Assembly: GCA_002104945.1 (NCBI GenBank) | Contig: MCFH01000018.1 | Span: 186,001-250,000, forward strand | Direction of reading: 5' to 3' | Source of the DNA: Piromyces finnis finn | Lineage: Eukaryota; Fungi; Neocallimastigomycota | DNA length: 64,000 nucleotides | Part shown: positions 39,443 through 53,452 of the stretch, piece by piece | Layout: the number at the start of each line of letters is the position of its first letter | Position numbering within the stretch: position 1 is the stretch's first letter | Made by a program: the position numbers and the translations under genes | Notes under the pieces: generated by a model | What the model saw: the letters and a program-made list of their open reading frames with translations, nothing else | Databases searched by the model: none | What the model was told of the DNA's origin: nothing

Positions 39443-39743
39443 AAACCAAACTGATTATTTTAAAACTATTAAAAAAAAATAATTATTTTATTTGTAATAT
39501 TTATTTAATGATAAAAAATTAAATATTGTACAAGAATAGTTTTATTAACATAAATAAAATTTATATATTATGAAAGATTAAGATAATATTTATTTTTTGG
39601 TTATAAAATACTTTTCAAAAATTTTATATTGAAATATACTTTTTAATATTAATATTATTATATAATTATATTACTGGTATTATTAAAATGATTATATATA
39701 TTGTTTTAATATTATTTTATATATTATTATTTTGATTTCTTTT

Positions 39744-40959
39744 TTATGTGTGAAAGAATTTTACACCCATTTCATCACTATTAGAACCACTAAATATTTG
39801 AGCTTTCTTTTGTTTTACCAATATTTCTAATGATTTTTGTAAAGTATCTTCATCCAAACCTTGAAAATCTAAATAAAATAATAAATAATAATAATAATAA
39901 TAATAATAAATAATGATAAATGAAGAATTCATTATATACTATTTTGTATATAGGTTTTTGAAATAGATTCTTTACCATCTTCATTTGACATGTCACCATT
40001 TAATAATTCATAGTAAGTACATATAGAATTTGTAAGACCATTATCAAATATCTTTTTTTTTTTTTTTTTTTTTATTAAGAAATTTACACATTATATACAT
40101 TATTAAACTTATGATAATTTTTTAATATATGTTTAAAAATTCAAAATAAAAAAATTGATTATTACCCATTTGTATATTAAATTTGCCCATTCGTCATATG
40201 TTCTCCACAATATTGAGCATTTGTCCTTTATTCTATCTTTCCATGTTGCATTTCCTGTTATTTTTAATGTTTAATGAATTTTATATTTATATTATTTATT
40301 ATTTACTTAATTTGTTATTTTTATCAAAAATTATTGGTATTTATCATGCTTATAATTCATACCTCTTTTCACTAATTCATCTAAAACAATTCTAATTTTT
40401 TCTTCATCGAGTTGTCCTATTGAATGTTGAATAATGAAAAAAGTATTTATATAAATAAATTGTAAAATTTTACCAATATATGTTTAATGATGAGAAAATA
40501 TTTACTTTGAATTTTTTTATTAGTAAAGAGATCTAATTTTCCAACACTTTCAGATACTGAAAGTGATGTTATTTTCATTTTTCTGAAATATGATAATGCT
40601 AAATTACTCCACATTTGGAGTTGTTTTTCTCTAGTAGTGAAATTTGGTTGAATACTAATAAAAAAAGTTAAATTTTAATATCATTATACAATTAATAATG
40701 ATATTATAAATTTATTGAAAAAAGAGTAATGATAATATCGATAACATTTTTTAAATAAAATATTATATTTTAATTTAAATGCATTATTAATAGTAATACA
40801 TGTATATGTGTTGAAAAATATGTAAATATAATATTTGAAATTTTTGAAAATAAAATTTAAAAAGTATTATGAATTAAAATTGTAGAACATATATATAAAA
40901 TATTTAATTTACGTATAAAACGGGGGAAAATCATAAATAGATGGAAATTGAAAAGACAT
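39744..40959 (-). CDS. VPS25: ESCRT-II subunit Vps25 (multi-exon)
   Basis: Exon 1 MSFQFPSIYDFPPFYT, next exon IQPNFTTREKQLQMWS...; C-terminus FQGLDEDTLQKSLEILVKQKKAQIF...GVKFF. Confidence 0.92.
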
Positions 40960-42188
40960 TTTTTTTATTTGAATGTAAAGATTATTTTATTTTATTTTAA
41001 ACTTTTATGTTATAAAAGATATTTAATTAAATTTTTTCGATATTTATTATTCATTTTATAATATAATTTATTTGTTATTATTTAAATTAAAACATTATCA
41101 ATACATTACGTTACATTACATTAGGTGATATTTTTTTTTAATTAAATAATAAACAAGTATCTTAAGAAATAGAATAGATAATGAATAATAAATAATAAAT
41201 AGAGAAAAATGAATAATGAAAAAATAATTTACTTTTAGTAATACATTAAATATATTTTAAAATAATTAGTAATTATTTTTATTTAATCGTCAGTTATTTA
41301 CTCTACTATTAATTATTAATAATAAAGATTGAAAAAAAATCTAAAACCTCTCAATTTCTCAAGGAAGTTAATTAAAAATTTGTTAAAGCTTTGTGATTTT
41401 AAAATTAATAATTTAAAATTTCAAATGATTAATTAAAATTTTATTTTTAATAATTGTTATTATTAATCTTTATATTAAACTTTATTTATTATTAAAATTA
41501 ACTCAATTCAATTTAATTAGGCCAATGGCTTATTTAAAGCAAGATTTATGTTATATCTTTAAAGGATGAAAAATTAGCTCTAATTTAATATGTTATTAAT
41601 TCTAATAATTATGAAGAAATTCTTTTTCTAGGATCATCGTCAATTTATGTAATTGATAAAGATTTTGGGTTTATCGATTCGTATATTAAGTATTCTAAAA
41701 TCATAGTTTATTATCATAAAATTCATTATTAGATATATGCATTTTACATTATAAAATATAATATAATATAATATAATAAAATATAATAATGATCTAGTTA
41801 TATATATATTAAAATTATCATCAACTATATGTTTAACTTAACACTAGCTTACTAATTTACTTTTATTTTAATGTAGAGATTGATGTTAATATATTTAACT
41901 TTGATATATGTATTACATATTAATAAATAATATATTAAATCGAGATATCTTATTTTAGATTGATAATATTTTCTTATGCTTAAAAAAAAAATAATAATAA
42001 TAATAATAAAATAATAGATAAAGGTATTAAATTAAATGTATAAATATATAACATATAGTAAACATAATTTAAATTATTAAAACAATATATATTGGTTTTA
42101 ATACAAAAATTTGAGTTTTACAATATAATTTTAAGTTTTTGTATTTAGGATATAAATATATATTATTAAAATGAAGAAAACTATTTGA

Positions 42189-43568
42189 TTATACAACTTC
42201 TACTACAGTTGTTTCTTTATTTTTTCCAAGTTTTCTATATATAGTAAAGTACATTGTTATATATGAAGCCAATCCACCTAGAGTATTTGATATTGGTTCT
42301 GCAATAAAAACACCATTTACACCCATTCCTAAATATGGCAATAAAAATGTTAATGGAATAACAATAATTACTTTTCTTAATAATGAAAAAAATATAGCTT
42401 GTTTTGCTTTACCAAGGGCTTTAAAAATTGATTGTGCTGAATACTGAAGTGACATAAATATAAAACCAAAGAAATAAATACGTATTGCAGGAACACCAGA
42501 ATTAAGTAATTTCGTTTCGCTTGAAAACATTTTAAACCATAAAGTAGGAAATACTACAATTAATAACCATGCTATACCTGTATATAACAAACCATAAAAT
42601 GTATTGAATTTAATTGCCGATTTTACTCTATTATATAATTTTGCTCCATAATTAAAACCCATTACAGGTTGTGAGCCATTAACAAGTCCTGAAATGGGTA
42701 ATTGTATAATATCACGAATAGAATTCATTACAGTCATGATTCCTACATATACATCACCACCATATATTTTTAAAGTTGAATTGCATGCTGCTTGCACAAA
42801 ACAATTTGTTCCTACCATTACAAAATTTGAGGTACCAAGTTTACAAATATCTCCTGATATTTTAGGATTAAAACGTATATTTTCTTTTTTTAATTGAATC
42901 GGAATATTCTTTTTTACTAAAAAGATCAATATCCAAATTGCTGAAACAATTTGACTAATAATTGTTGCAAGAGCAGCACCTTTAATTCCCCAATTTAATA
43001 CAAATATAAATATAGGATCAAGAATAATGTTTATTACCGCACCTATTACTGTAGTAAGCATTCCAATTTTTGGATAACCTTGTGCTGGTATATAACCATT
43101 GAGTCCTGTATTTAACATTGCAAAAATTGTTCCAGCAAAGAAAACATTTAAATAATCTGCAGCATATATATATGAATTATCACTTGCACCGAGAAGATAA
43201 AGGATAGGTTTACAAAATATATATCCTAATATTGTTAGAAATACAGAGCTTACTAATAATAAAAAACAAGATGTTCCCAAAATACGTTCTGCTTCATCTT
43301 TTTTACCTGCCCCATTAGCAATAGAAAACAATGGAATACCTCCTAAACCAAATAGGGAAGCAAATGCAACAATAAATGTAATAACTGGAAATGTTAAACC
43401 AACACCAGTTAAAGCTAAGCTATCATTACCATTCATATGCCCAATATAAACTCTATCAATAACATTATATAAAAGTTGAACTAATTGAGCTAACATTAGT
43501 GGAATTGCCTGTGCTAAAATGATTTTCCATATTGGTCCTTCTCCAAAATTTTTTTTTAAATCCTTCAT
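42189..43568 (-). CDS. MATE-family multidrug/Na+ efflux transporter of bacterial (MepA-like) type, intronless
   Basis: About 12 TM segments; motifs LYNVIDRVYIG, NIILDPIFIF, GIKGAALAT, QPVMGFNYGAK, ALGKAKQAIFFSLLRK typical of bacterial MATEs. Confidence 0.92.
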   Translation of the reverse strand: MKDLKKNFGEGPIWKIILAQAIPLMLAQLVQLLYNVIDRVYIGHMNGNDSLALTGVGLTFPVITFIVAFASLFGLGGIPLFSIANGAGKKDEAERILGTSCFLLLVSSVFLTILGYIFCKPILYLLGASDNSYIYAADYLNVFFAGTIFAMLNTGLNGYIPAQGYPKIGMLTTVIGAVINIILDPIFIFVLNWGIKGAALATIISQIVSAIWILIFLVKKNIPIQLKKENIRFNPKISGDICKLGTSNFVMVGTNCFVQAACNSTLKIYGGDVYVGIMTVMNSIRDIIQLPISGLVNGSQPVMGFNYGAKLYNRVKSAIKFNTFYGLLYTGIAWLLIVVFPTLWFKMFSSETKLLNSGVPAIRIYFFGFIFMSLQYSAQSIFKALGKAKQAIFFSLLRKVIIVIPLTFLLPYLGMGVNGVFIAEPISNTLGGLASYITMYFTIYRKLGKNKETTVVEVV

Positions 43569-44354
43569 TTTTATTAGGTATAATATTTTTTTTTGTAAAA
43601 TTCTTTTATTTATCTAATCACTAAGTCTCTTTAATTAAATATTATATATCATATATATAAAACTTAATAGTTTTAACTTTTTATTTTAACTTTAATATTG
43701 TAAGAATTCTAGAATAAATATTATAATTTGTTTTATGAAATTTCAATTTTTTTTTTTGAATAAATTATATTAAATAATTATACATTATAATATTCTATAT
43801 AAATGATTATTTTACTAAATTTTTCTTTTTCTTTTTTTCTTTCTTTTTTTTTTTAATTTATGAGAATTAAGTAATTAATACTTTTTTTTTTTTTTGAAAG
43901 TTATCTTTTTTAAAATTTTTTTGTAATTTTAAAATTTTTTTATTGATTTTCATCAATATATTATTAACAAAAAATAATTGGTTGGATATTGTGATTTCAA
44001 TTTCAATTTGTATTTCCTTTTATTGGATTGAATGTAAATTTTAAATTTAATATTTTTTAATGTATTTGTAAATTTCCTACTAAAATACTAAAATTATATT
44101 AAAATAATATTTACATTAATGTATTTTTTTAAAAAAAGTTAGCATATATGATAAAAAAGGATAGAATAATAATAATATTTAATAATATAATTATAGAAAA
44201 TATTATAATTTATATGTATAGAACTCCATAAGAAGTCTACTTTAAATAAGCTATACTATTTTACTATTAATATATTTTATTATTAATATTGATAATAAAG
44301 TACTTAGCAAAAATTTTTAAAAACAAAAAATATCAAATAATAGATCATAAATTA

Positions 44355-44402
<48 letters not shown>

Positions 44403-44807
44403 GGTTTTATATTTTTTGATTTTTTTTAATAGCAATAAAATGTAATTACATTTATACTATCTATTATATTTATATTTATAATTAATGAATTATATGAATA
44501 AATTTAAACTATGAAATGTGGCTAATTATATTACTAAAAACTATTGTTTATGAATATTCTTAAAACATATTACAAATTATTATTAATATATAATTACTTT
44601 CCAATATGCATTAATAATAAATGGTAATAAATGAATAAATGAATAAATCTACCAATTTAATACCTTCTTAAATTAAATATATAATAAATAATTATGTTTT
44701 AAATTGGAATAAATAGAATATAAAGTATAATGCTTTCAATATTATGACTGTGTTATAAAAAATTTCATTGTATTAGCGTTATATTTAATGAATGCAATAA
44801 ATTATAT

Positions 44808-44983
44808 ATATATAAATAAGAAAATACTTTAATAGTAATTTAATTATTTTATAATTTTTTTTTTAAGTATAAATTCTTTCATTAATTAAATATTATATAT
44901 AAATAAGAAAATACTTTAATAGTAATTTAATTATTTTATAATTTTTTTTTTAAGTATAAATTCTTTCATTAATTAAATATTAT
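44808..44983. repeat. Near-perfect tandem duplication of an ~87-bp AT-rich unit
   Basis: TATAAATAAGAAAATACTTTAATAGTAATTTAATT...TTCTTTCATTAATTAAATAT read twice, period 87. Confidence 0.85.
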
Positions 44984-47900
44984 TTTAAATATAATTTAAT
45001 TTATTCATTTATTATTCTTATTTAAATATTAAAATAATGACTGTAATAAATATATATATAAAAACATCTTATAATTAATAGTTACATTAATTATTATTGT
45101 AATTTAATATATTTTCTTATAATATTTATAAATAATACAATAATTTCTTATATAAAATCTGAATATGATATAATTATCTTTTTTTACATTCAAAATAAAT
45201 TAATAAAACTGTCTATTTTTATTTATTTCAAAAATATATTTTATGAAAGAGTTTTTTTAATTTTTATATTAATTAAAATTATAAATTTAATATAGATCTA
45301 TCATTAATATAAAAAACTTTAATTATTATTAAAATATTTCTATTTTTTTAATTTAAATTAAAAAATAGAAATATTTATTTACTTAGCATTAATTCTTATA
45401 AAGCGATTATAATTATATTAAAATTTTGTAATATATACTATACATTATTAATTTATATGTATTATTATAGTATAATATTCTTCATTATTAATTTTTATTA
45501 ATATTATTATAATTTTAGTATTTACTTAATCATACTGCTAAAACTATTTTATTAGTTTGGGAAATATAAATAACAGAAAGAGTTTACATTATTGCTTTTT
45601 ATAGTTATAATTTTATTAAATTTTTAATAAATATTTCTTAAGCTTTCATACTTTGCTTTAAATTTTTACTTGCTTTGTATTTGGTCAGTTTAATATTGAA
45701 GGTAAAACAATAAAATGTTCGGATGGCGCAATTAATGATCGTTTAGTGGTCAGTATGTATTCAATAACAAAATGACAATTACAATGATATTATCAAAACT
45801 AATTAATATTCTAGATAAGACTAAGTAATTTGTTATATCTGTATTATTTATTCCATATAGTAGCTGTATTCATTAAATGGTTGTGTATTGCAACAGTTAA
45901 TAAATCTATTGATATTTTTTTATTTTAAAATCTAAGAAAAAAAATAAACTTTTAAAAAGTAAATACAGAATCATTTAGGTTAATGGATACTGTTAATTGA
46001 ATAATCAATATTTTTACTGCATAATAGTAGGTGTTAAATTTTTTATACTGTAATAATAAATTAATAAATAATTAAATAAATTTATAAAATTTAATTTATG
46101 TTTTTTTTGGAATTAGTGATTTGTAAAATTAAAATGTTAATTATCACCATTTTGTTATTTTTTTTTACTTTAAATAATAATAAAAATAACAAATGATAAT
46201 ATATTTTTAAACAACGTGTATATACTCTAATATAGAAACTATATACTTGGTTTACCAAGTATTAGTCTAAAGGTGTACATATCTAGTTGGCATAATATTT
46301 TTTTTTATCATATTGGTGACAATTGTAGAATAAACTTTTTTGATATTGAAATGTTATAATAACTTTAATAATAGAATTATAAAAGTATTTTATTTTTTTA
46401 ATAAAATATATCTTATATTTGATATAATATATATATGTAGATAAAAATAAAGTTCTTTTTTTTTTTTTTTTATAATATTTTTTTTATTAAATATAATTAT
46501 AAAAAATTATAAATAAATATATTCAGTGTATTAATTGATGGAAATTATAATAATAAAAGAATATATTATAGAGGTTTTCTAAATTTTATAATTAAAATTT
46601 TCAAATTGGAGGATATTATTAATGATATTATTTAAAGTTATATACTTTAACTCTATATTTAAAACTTTAAATTATAAAAATTATTATTAAAATATAGAAA
46701 AGTAAAAAACAGTACTATAGTACTATAATATTATTCATAAACTTTGTTTATAATTATTATAAACATAGTTACAAATTGATATTGATTACAGAAATATTTA
46801 TGAAATTTTACCATTATTGTATTTATAATGGTAAAGTTTGAATGTAAAGTATAATTAAATTCAATATAATATCATAATATCATAAATCTAAATATTTTAC
46901 TTAGAAATATATTATAATAATTAGAAATAACTAAAGTAGCGATTTTTTTTGATTATTTAATATGACTAGTTTCAATTATTATATATTAAAAATTAACATC
47001 TAAATAAATGAATATATATTTTAAATTTAAAATAAAAACTATAAAAATATCTTTATTTCTATTTTATAAAAATAATTGAACTTTATTTTTAAAAACTTTT
47101 TATTTTTATTTTATCTCACATTAATATTAAATTTAAGTTAATTATCAATTATATTTAGTAATTTCATATTTGATATATACTCAAGTTTTTTTATTTTATT
47201 TTAGTTATAGTACAATTCATCATAATAATATTATATAGATATATAGATATATTATTATTTAAAGTAATAATTAATTATTTGCATTAATTTTATACAAAAT
47301 AATCTTTATAATTTTTTTTGAAATATAGAATTGTATTGTTTAACCTTTTTATTTTTTAATATGAAATTATATTAGCACTAAATTATCCATTTCTTTTATT
47401 TATTAAATGATAATTATTAAATGTGACACCACTACATTAATTATATTTGAATATTAAATCAAAATCATAATTAATATAGTAAATTCATTTTTTAAATTCA
47501 AATTTAAATATTAGGAAAAATATTTTGTATTAAAATATAGAAAGTTTTTTTTTGTTAATTAAAAATACAACACATTTGTTTTTATTATTTATTAAAATTT
47601 ATCATTAATCTACTTTTTTTATTATAAAGTTATAAAGAGATTCTATTAGATAAATATTATTTATATTTAATAACATTATAATTATTAAATTATAATTATC
47701 AACATAAATGTAATAATTAGATTATGTATAAGTGTAATAAATTGTAATTTTTTTTACTATAATTATTTTAGTCAATAGTTTTTAATGAAATATATTGTTT
47801 AATTATACTTAATTTTTACTTCATATTTAATAATTTATAAAGTAAAATTTATTTAATATATAATATTAAATTATTATATACATATCAAATAACACCTTAA

Positions 47901-49436
47901 TTTTTTATTTTTTTTATTTGATAAATATAGTTTTAGTAAATATTAATATTAATATATATTTTATTTATATTTATTCCCACATACACATACATAACATACA
48001 TATACACTAAAACTATACAAAATCTGATTTAATATTATTTGTACTTTTTATTCTTTTTTATTTATTTATTTAGTTTTTAATCATTACTATTTTAATTTAT
48101 TATTTTATTATTATAGAATAATTTCAAATATATGAAAAATAAATCATGAATATAAATATAAAACCACAAAACGAAATTTAAATGTTCGTTTATTTTAATC
48201 TTATTAATAATAAAAAAAAATAACTATTTATATATATTATTTATCTTTATTATTATATACAAAAGATAGAAATATTAACAATAATAAAAAAAAAACTATC
48301 ATAAAAAACTATCCTCTAAATTCATTCAGAAAATATATTTACGCAAGAACTTTCGTAACAGTGTTTTTAAGAAACGAAAAACAAGTACAAAAAAGAAAAA
48401 AAAAATAAATAAAAAAATAAAAATAATAAAAAAAAAGAGAAATAAAATAAATAAATATATACATACTTAATTATATTATACAAACAAACAGGAATACAAT
48501 AAATATTATATGTATTTTTTTTTCAATTATTATTACACTATCCTTTATAATTTATCAATTTAGTTCGAAAATAAATGATATTTATATTTTAATTCAATTC
48601 AATAAAATTTTTTCTATACAAAGATATATTATTTGGATATCCTTTAAAAAAGATTATATATATAACTTATACGAAAATTAAAAAACAACAATAATAACAA
48701 GAACAAAATAAAACAAAAAAAAAAAAGCAAAAACAATAACAAATCACCATAACTAATATATTAATATATAACACATTTCTCATTTTAAAAGTATTTTATT
48801 TTTTTCATGGACAGAAAGTTAAAAAAAAAGGTTATTACCAAATTTATTTTTATTAATATTACTATATAGTATTATTACATTTTAATAAATGTCGAAGAAC
48901 TTCTTTTTTTAAGTATTGTTGTTAATTATCTTAATGAAAAATATTATTGTAACAATTAAATTATAAATAATTATATATAATTTAATATTTTCATAAATCG
49001 AAAGATTTGTATATATAAAAGTAGTTCATAATACTAATAATAATATAATATTTATATATACATATTTATAATACTACAATCAAATATTATATATTATATG
49101 TTATTATTAAAATAATCAACATTTTATTTTCTAACCAAAAAAAAAAAAAAAAGAACAATAATTTAAGGATTAATATTAGTTAATTATAGTGGAAAAATAA
49201 TAAAAAATAAAAACATAATTTTTTCATATTCATTTAATATCTATAAATATTTAAAGATAATATAACATCTATTTTACAAAACAAAATAATTTAAGAAACC
49301 AAAAAAAAAAAAAAAAAAAATAAAAAAAAAATATATATATATACACATACATATATTATAAGGAAAAAATTATAAAACAGGAGCTTTTACTAGAATATAA
49401 TAAGCAAAGATAATAAAGTAATAGAATTTCGAAAGA

Positions 49437-51577
49437 ATGTCGTCATCATTATTAGTTAATGATTCAAACTCAGATTTTAGACCATTAAAAACACAACCTG
49501 GCTCAAAAATAACGAGTGTACAGGAATCTTTATTACAAGAATGTGAAAAGGATATAATATGGTATCGAGATAATTTTTTTGGAAAGGGTGAGTTTAATTA
49601 TATTTTATAGATATAGATAGTTATTATATAAAATATATAAAACCAAAATTTTTTATAAAAGTAGCAATATAAAAGCAATCTAACACTAAAATAACAATAA
49701 AAAAATATTAAATTTGTGACAAGAAAAATAATTATAATAATGATAGTTATAGTTATTATTAGAAAAAAAGAAAAGTCAATATTTTATTAATATTCAAATT
49801 TATTATATTGAATATATTAATAAATCAATTCTTGTAATGATAATATAATAGCACATGCAAATTTTTTGGGAGGAGAAACACCTGTTGGTCCAGTAGCTTT
49901 ATCAATAATAAAGGACGGAAATTCATATAAAATATTATATAGAACAAAACAGGTAATATGATGATAATTATTAGCATGCTATATTTTTATCAGTTAATAA
50001 AATCTATGTTAGAAAAACCTTAAAATTTTTATTAAAAAAACAATAACAATGATTTAATATAAAAATAGGGGTGTGAAAGATTAGGAATAGGTTCTGATAA
50101 TGTTCGAATTCAATGGTATAGAAAGTTAATAGGTCTGGGACCAACATTACATAATGTAATAAGAGCAGTATCAGCAAATATACCAATAGATATGTTAAAA
50201 CAATGCAAAAATCCAAATATACCAAATGAACTTTTAGCCATGGAAGAAAGACAAGTAAGTTTTATCAGTAATAAAAATTAAAATTAATAATTATAATATT
50301 AATAATGTAAACCATACAAATATTAATATATATAACTTTTTATTTGAATAGGTAATTAAAAGTTATAAAATTGGGGTTGCATATTTAAAGGAAAATCAGT
50401 GTACTGAATCAGAAATGTTTTCTAATCAATTTGGTAACTAAAAATATATATTTAAATAATCTATATATTATTAAAAAGTTTTTTTTTTATTTTATTAAAA
50501 AGAAAGGCTAACTTTTAACTTTTATTTTTAATTATTAACCATTAATAAATTATTGTAGAAAATGCATCTGAAGATTATAAACAATTTTTAAATTTTTTGG
50601 GAGAAACAATAGAATTAAAAGGATGGAAAGGTTATAGAGCAGGATTAGATGTTAATGGTATTTAAAATAAACAATAGTATATTTATTAATTATTATAATT
50701 ATTATGAATAATATAAATAATTCCTTTTTCAAAAAAATATGTATATGTATGATAATTATTACTTATTAATGTTTAATTAATATTAAATATTGATTTTTAG
50801 AGGGTCAAACCGGTTTAAATTCTGTATATACAAAATGGCAAGGATATGAAATAATGTTTCATGTGGGAACACATCTACCTTATAAAGTTGGAGATCCTCA
50901 ACAGGTTGACTTTCATAAAAATACACAATCAATAATAAAAAATTATATAAATTACAGAAATCTTAAAAAAATCTTTAATATTTTTAATTTTTATTTATCA
51001 TTAACCTATAATATTTGTAAATATATAAATAATGAAATAATAGTTGGAAAGAAAAAGGCATATTGGTAATGATATTGTTGTAATTATATTCCAAGATAAA
51101 GGAACAAAACCATTTGATTTAAGTACAATAACTTCTCACCAAAATCATATTATTGCTGTTGTTCAACCTTATAACGATAATCAATATAAGTACGTATAAT
51201 AAAACAATTTTATTATTATAAAAAGTCATATCTTTATATGTAATAAATTATACTAAAAATATTATATTTATATTTCAATAAATATTTTAGATTAACTATC
51301 TGTACAAGAAATGGTGTACCACCATTTAATCCACCGATACCGGAACCAGCTATAATGAACAGAGATTCTATATCAAGAGACTTCTTCTTACATAAATGTA
51401 AAAATAATAATATTACTATAAATATAATATATAAAAATACTGAAATATTTATATTTTGAATTAGTGGTAAATGGTGAACGTGCAAGCTATAAAGCACCTG
51501 GTTTTGCTTCTAAATTATCAAGAACAAGAGCAGTACTTCTAATGGATATTATTGGAAGATATTCTTCAAAAAAATAA
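49437..51577 (+). CDS. Rap/Ran-GAP domain protein (Rap1GAP-like), multi-exon
   Basis: Spliced translation has YKIGVAYLK, EMFSN, FLNFLGETIELKGWKGYRAGLD, EIMFHV, LERKRHIGNDIVVIIFQ, LVNGERASYKAP, RTR. Confidence 0.92.
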
Positions 51578-53118
51578 TTACATAAAACACATACATGCAT
51601 AAACAATAATAGTAAACTAAAATAAGGCTAAGACAGGAAAAAAAAATTAAAAAACAAGAAAAAAATTAAAATGAATTATTATTGAGTTAAATTTAATTGT
51701 TATTTTGATTATTCCGTTTTTTCTATTTACTCTATATTATGTATGTTTAATATGTTTTCTTTTTTTTTTTTTATAAAAAAAATAAAAAGTATGAAACGAG
51801 AATAATATTTATTAATAGCATAAATTTATATTTTAAAATAAGTAAAAGTAATCTACTCAAATTAATAAAAAGAAGTAATAATAAAAAAAGTATTTTTACT
51901 ATGCATTCTTGATTAATTACAATTATTTTTATTCTACTATTATTATAAGCATGAAAATAAAATAAATAATAATAATAAGCAATAAAATTAATGAAAGCCC
52001 TTAACAAATATTGTAATTAGTTAACATAATTAATACTAATGAGATATTGTTTAGTAGTAATTATTGAAAATACAGACATAAGAAATTTATATAATAAAAT
52101 CTTATACAAAATTCTCATCTCGTAATTTAATATCAATAAAAAATATATTTTTAATCTTTATTTTTAATTTTAATTTAATCCTTTATTTTTGAAATCGAGC
52201 AATGTGGTTAAAATTATAAAGAATTAAATTAAAATATTAATATATCAAAATAGAAAATTAATTTATTTATTATATTTAAAGTTTCTCACAAATGTCAACA
52301 TTTAAAAAAATTTCATTTAAATTTCAGAATTAAATCAATATTAAAAAATTTTAATTAATAATAATTTAATTTATAAAATTAAATTCAAATATAATTGTAG
52401 GTATTTTGATACCTAAAAGGATATTTTATTATAATTTATCATATTTATTAGAACAAAAACAAATAAACGAATTAGGAAAAAATAAATAGTAATAATAAAA
52501 ATCATATTTTTATTATTTTATTATATTTATAATATTTATATAATATTTATAATAAAATATATTTATCATATAATTTATATTATATTATTATATTTTATAT
52601 AAAATATAGCAAATATCTAAGCATAAATTATTTTAATTGAAATTTTAATTATAATAATTTAAATTACAATAATTTAATTTATTGATTATAATTATGTGGT
52701 ATTTTTTTTTTTAAAATTTTTAATAAATATCATTTTTTTTTGTTATAATAAGAGAAATTATATATAATATTAAAATTGAATAAAATTTTTATTTTAGTTT
52801 ATTTTAATAAAATTAACATTATCATAAAAAAAAAAAAACCATTATAAAAAGATAAAAAGTAATTACAAATTTAAATATATAAATAAAATCATTATTATCA
52901 ACTTGAATGCTATTATATTGAGTATACAATAATACAATAATATTTGTAATTTTCAATATTTCATCAATATTATTTTATTTTATATAAATTATAGTAATAT
53001 TTGTAGTAAATTAGAATTAATAATAATATTAATACAAAAATTCTTTTTATAATTTGATCATATAATAATCAATTATTAGATTATAGTTGAAATTTGTTAA
53101 TAGATAGTAATAAAGAAA

Positions 53119-53412
53119 ATGCTTTTTAAGCAAATAATAATTTTATGCTCCTTTTATATAGGGATTGTATTTAGTACTAGAGCTGTTACATTTAAAGTAA
53201 TTTCTTTCGGTGAGAAAATTCAAGTATATGTCAATGGAAAAAAATATAATTTAAAAGCTTCAACTACTGGTGAACCATTATATAAGGGAAAATTATCTAC
53301 AGCTCCAGATGGTGAATTCACGTAAGTAAAAATGTAATTAATAAATTATAAATTTTTAATTAATAATAAATGGAAATATTAATAGCTATTTCACATATAT
53401 ATTATATATATT

Positions 53413-53452
<40 letters not shown>

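Noticed and set aside
45630-45900. Possible pseudogene of a small secreted protein (…FTCFVFGQFNIEGKTIKCSDGAIND, GTATGT donor)
   Set aside because: No intact start, stop in the putative signal peptide, downstream exons cannot be joined consistently.
46243-46262. Perfect 8-bp inverted repeat ATACTTGG-ttta-CCAAGTAT
   Set aside because: Isolated short palindrome expected by chance in 64 kb of AT-rich DNA; no MITE/TIR partner seen.
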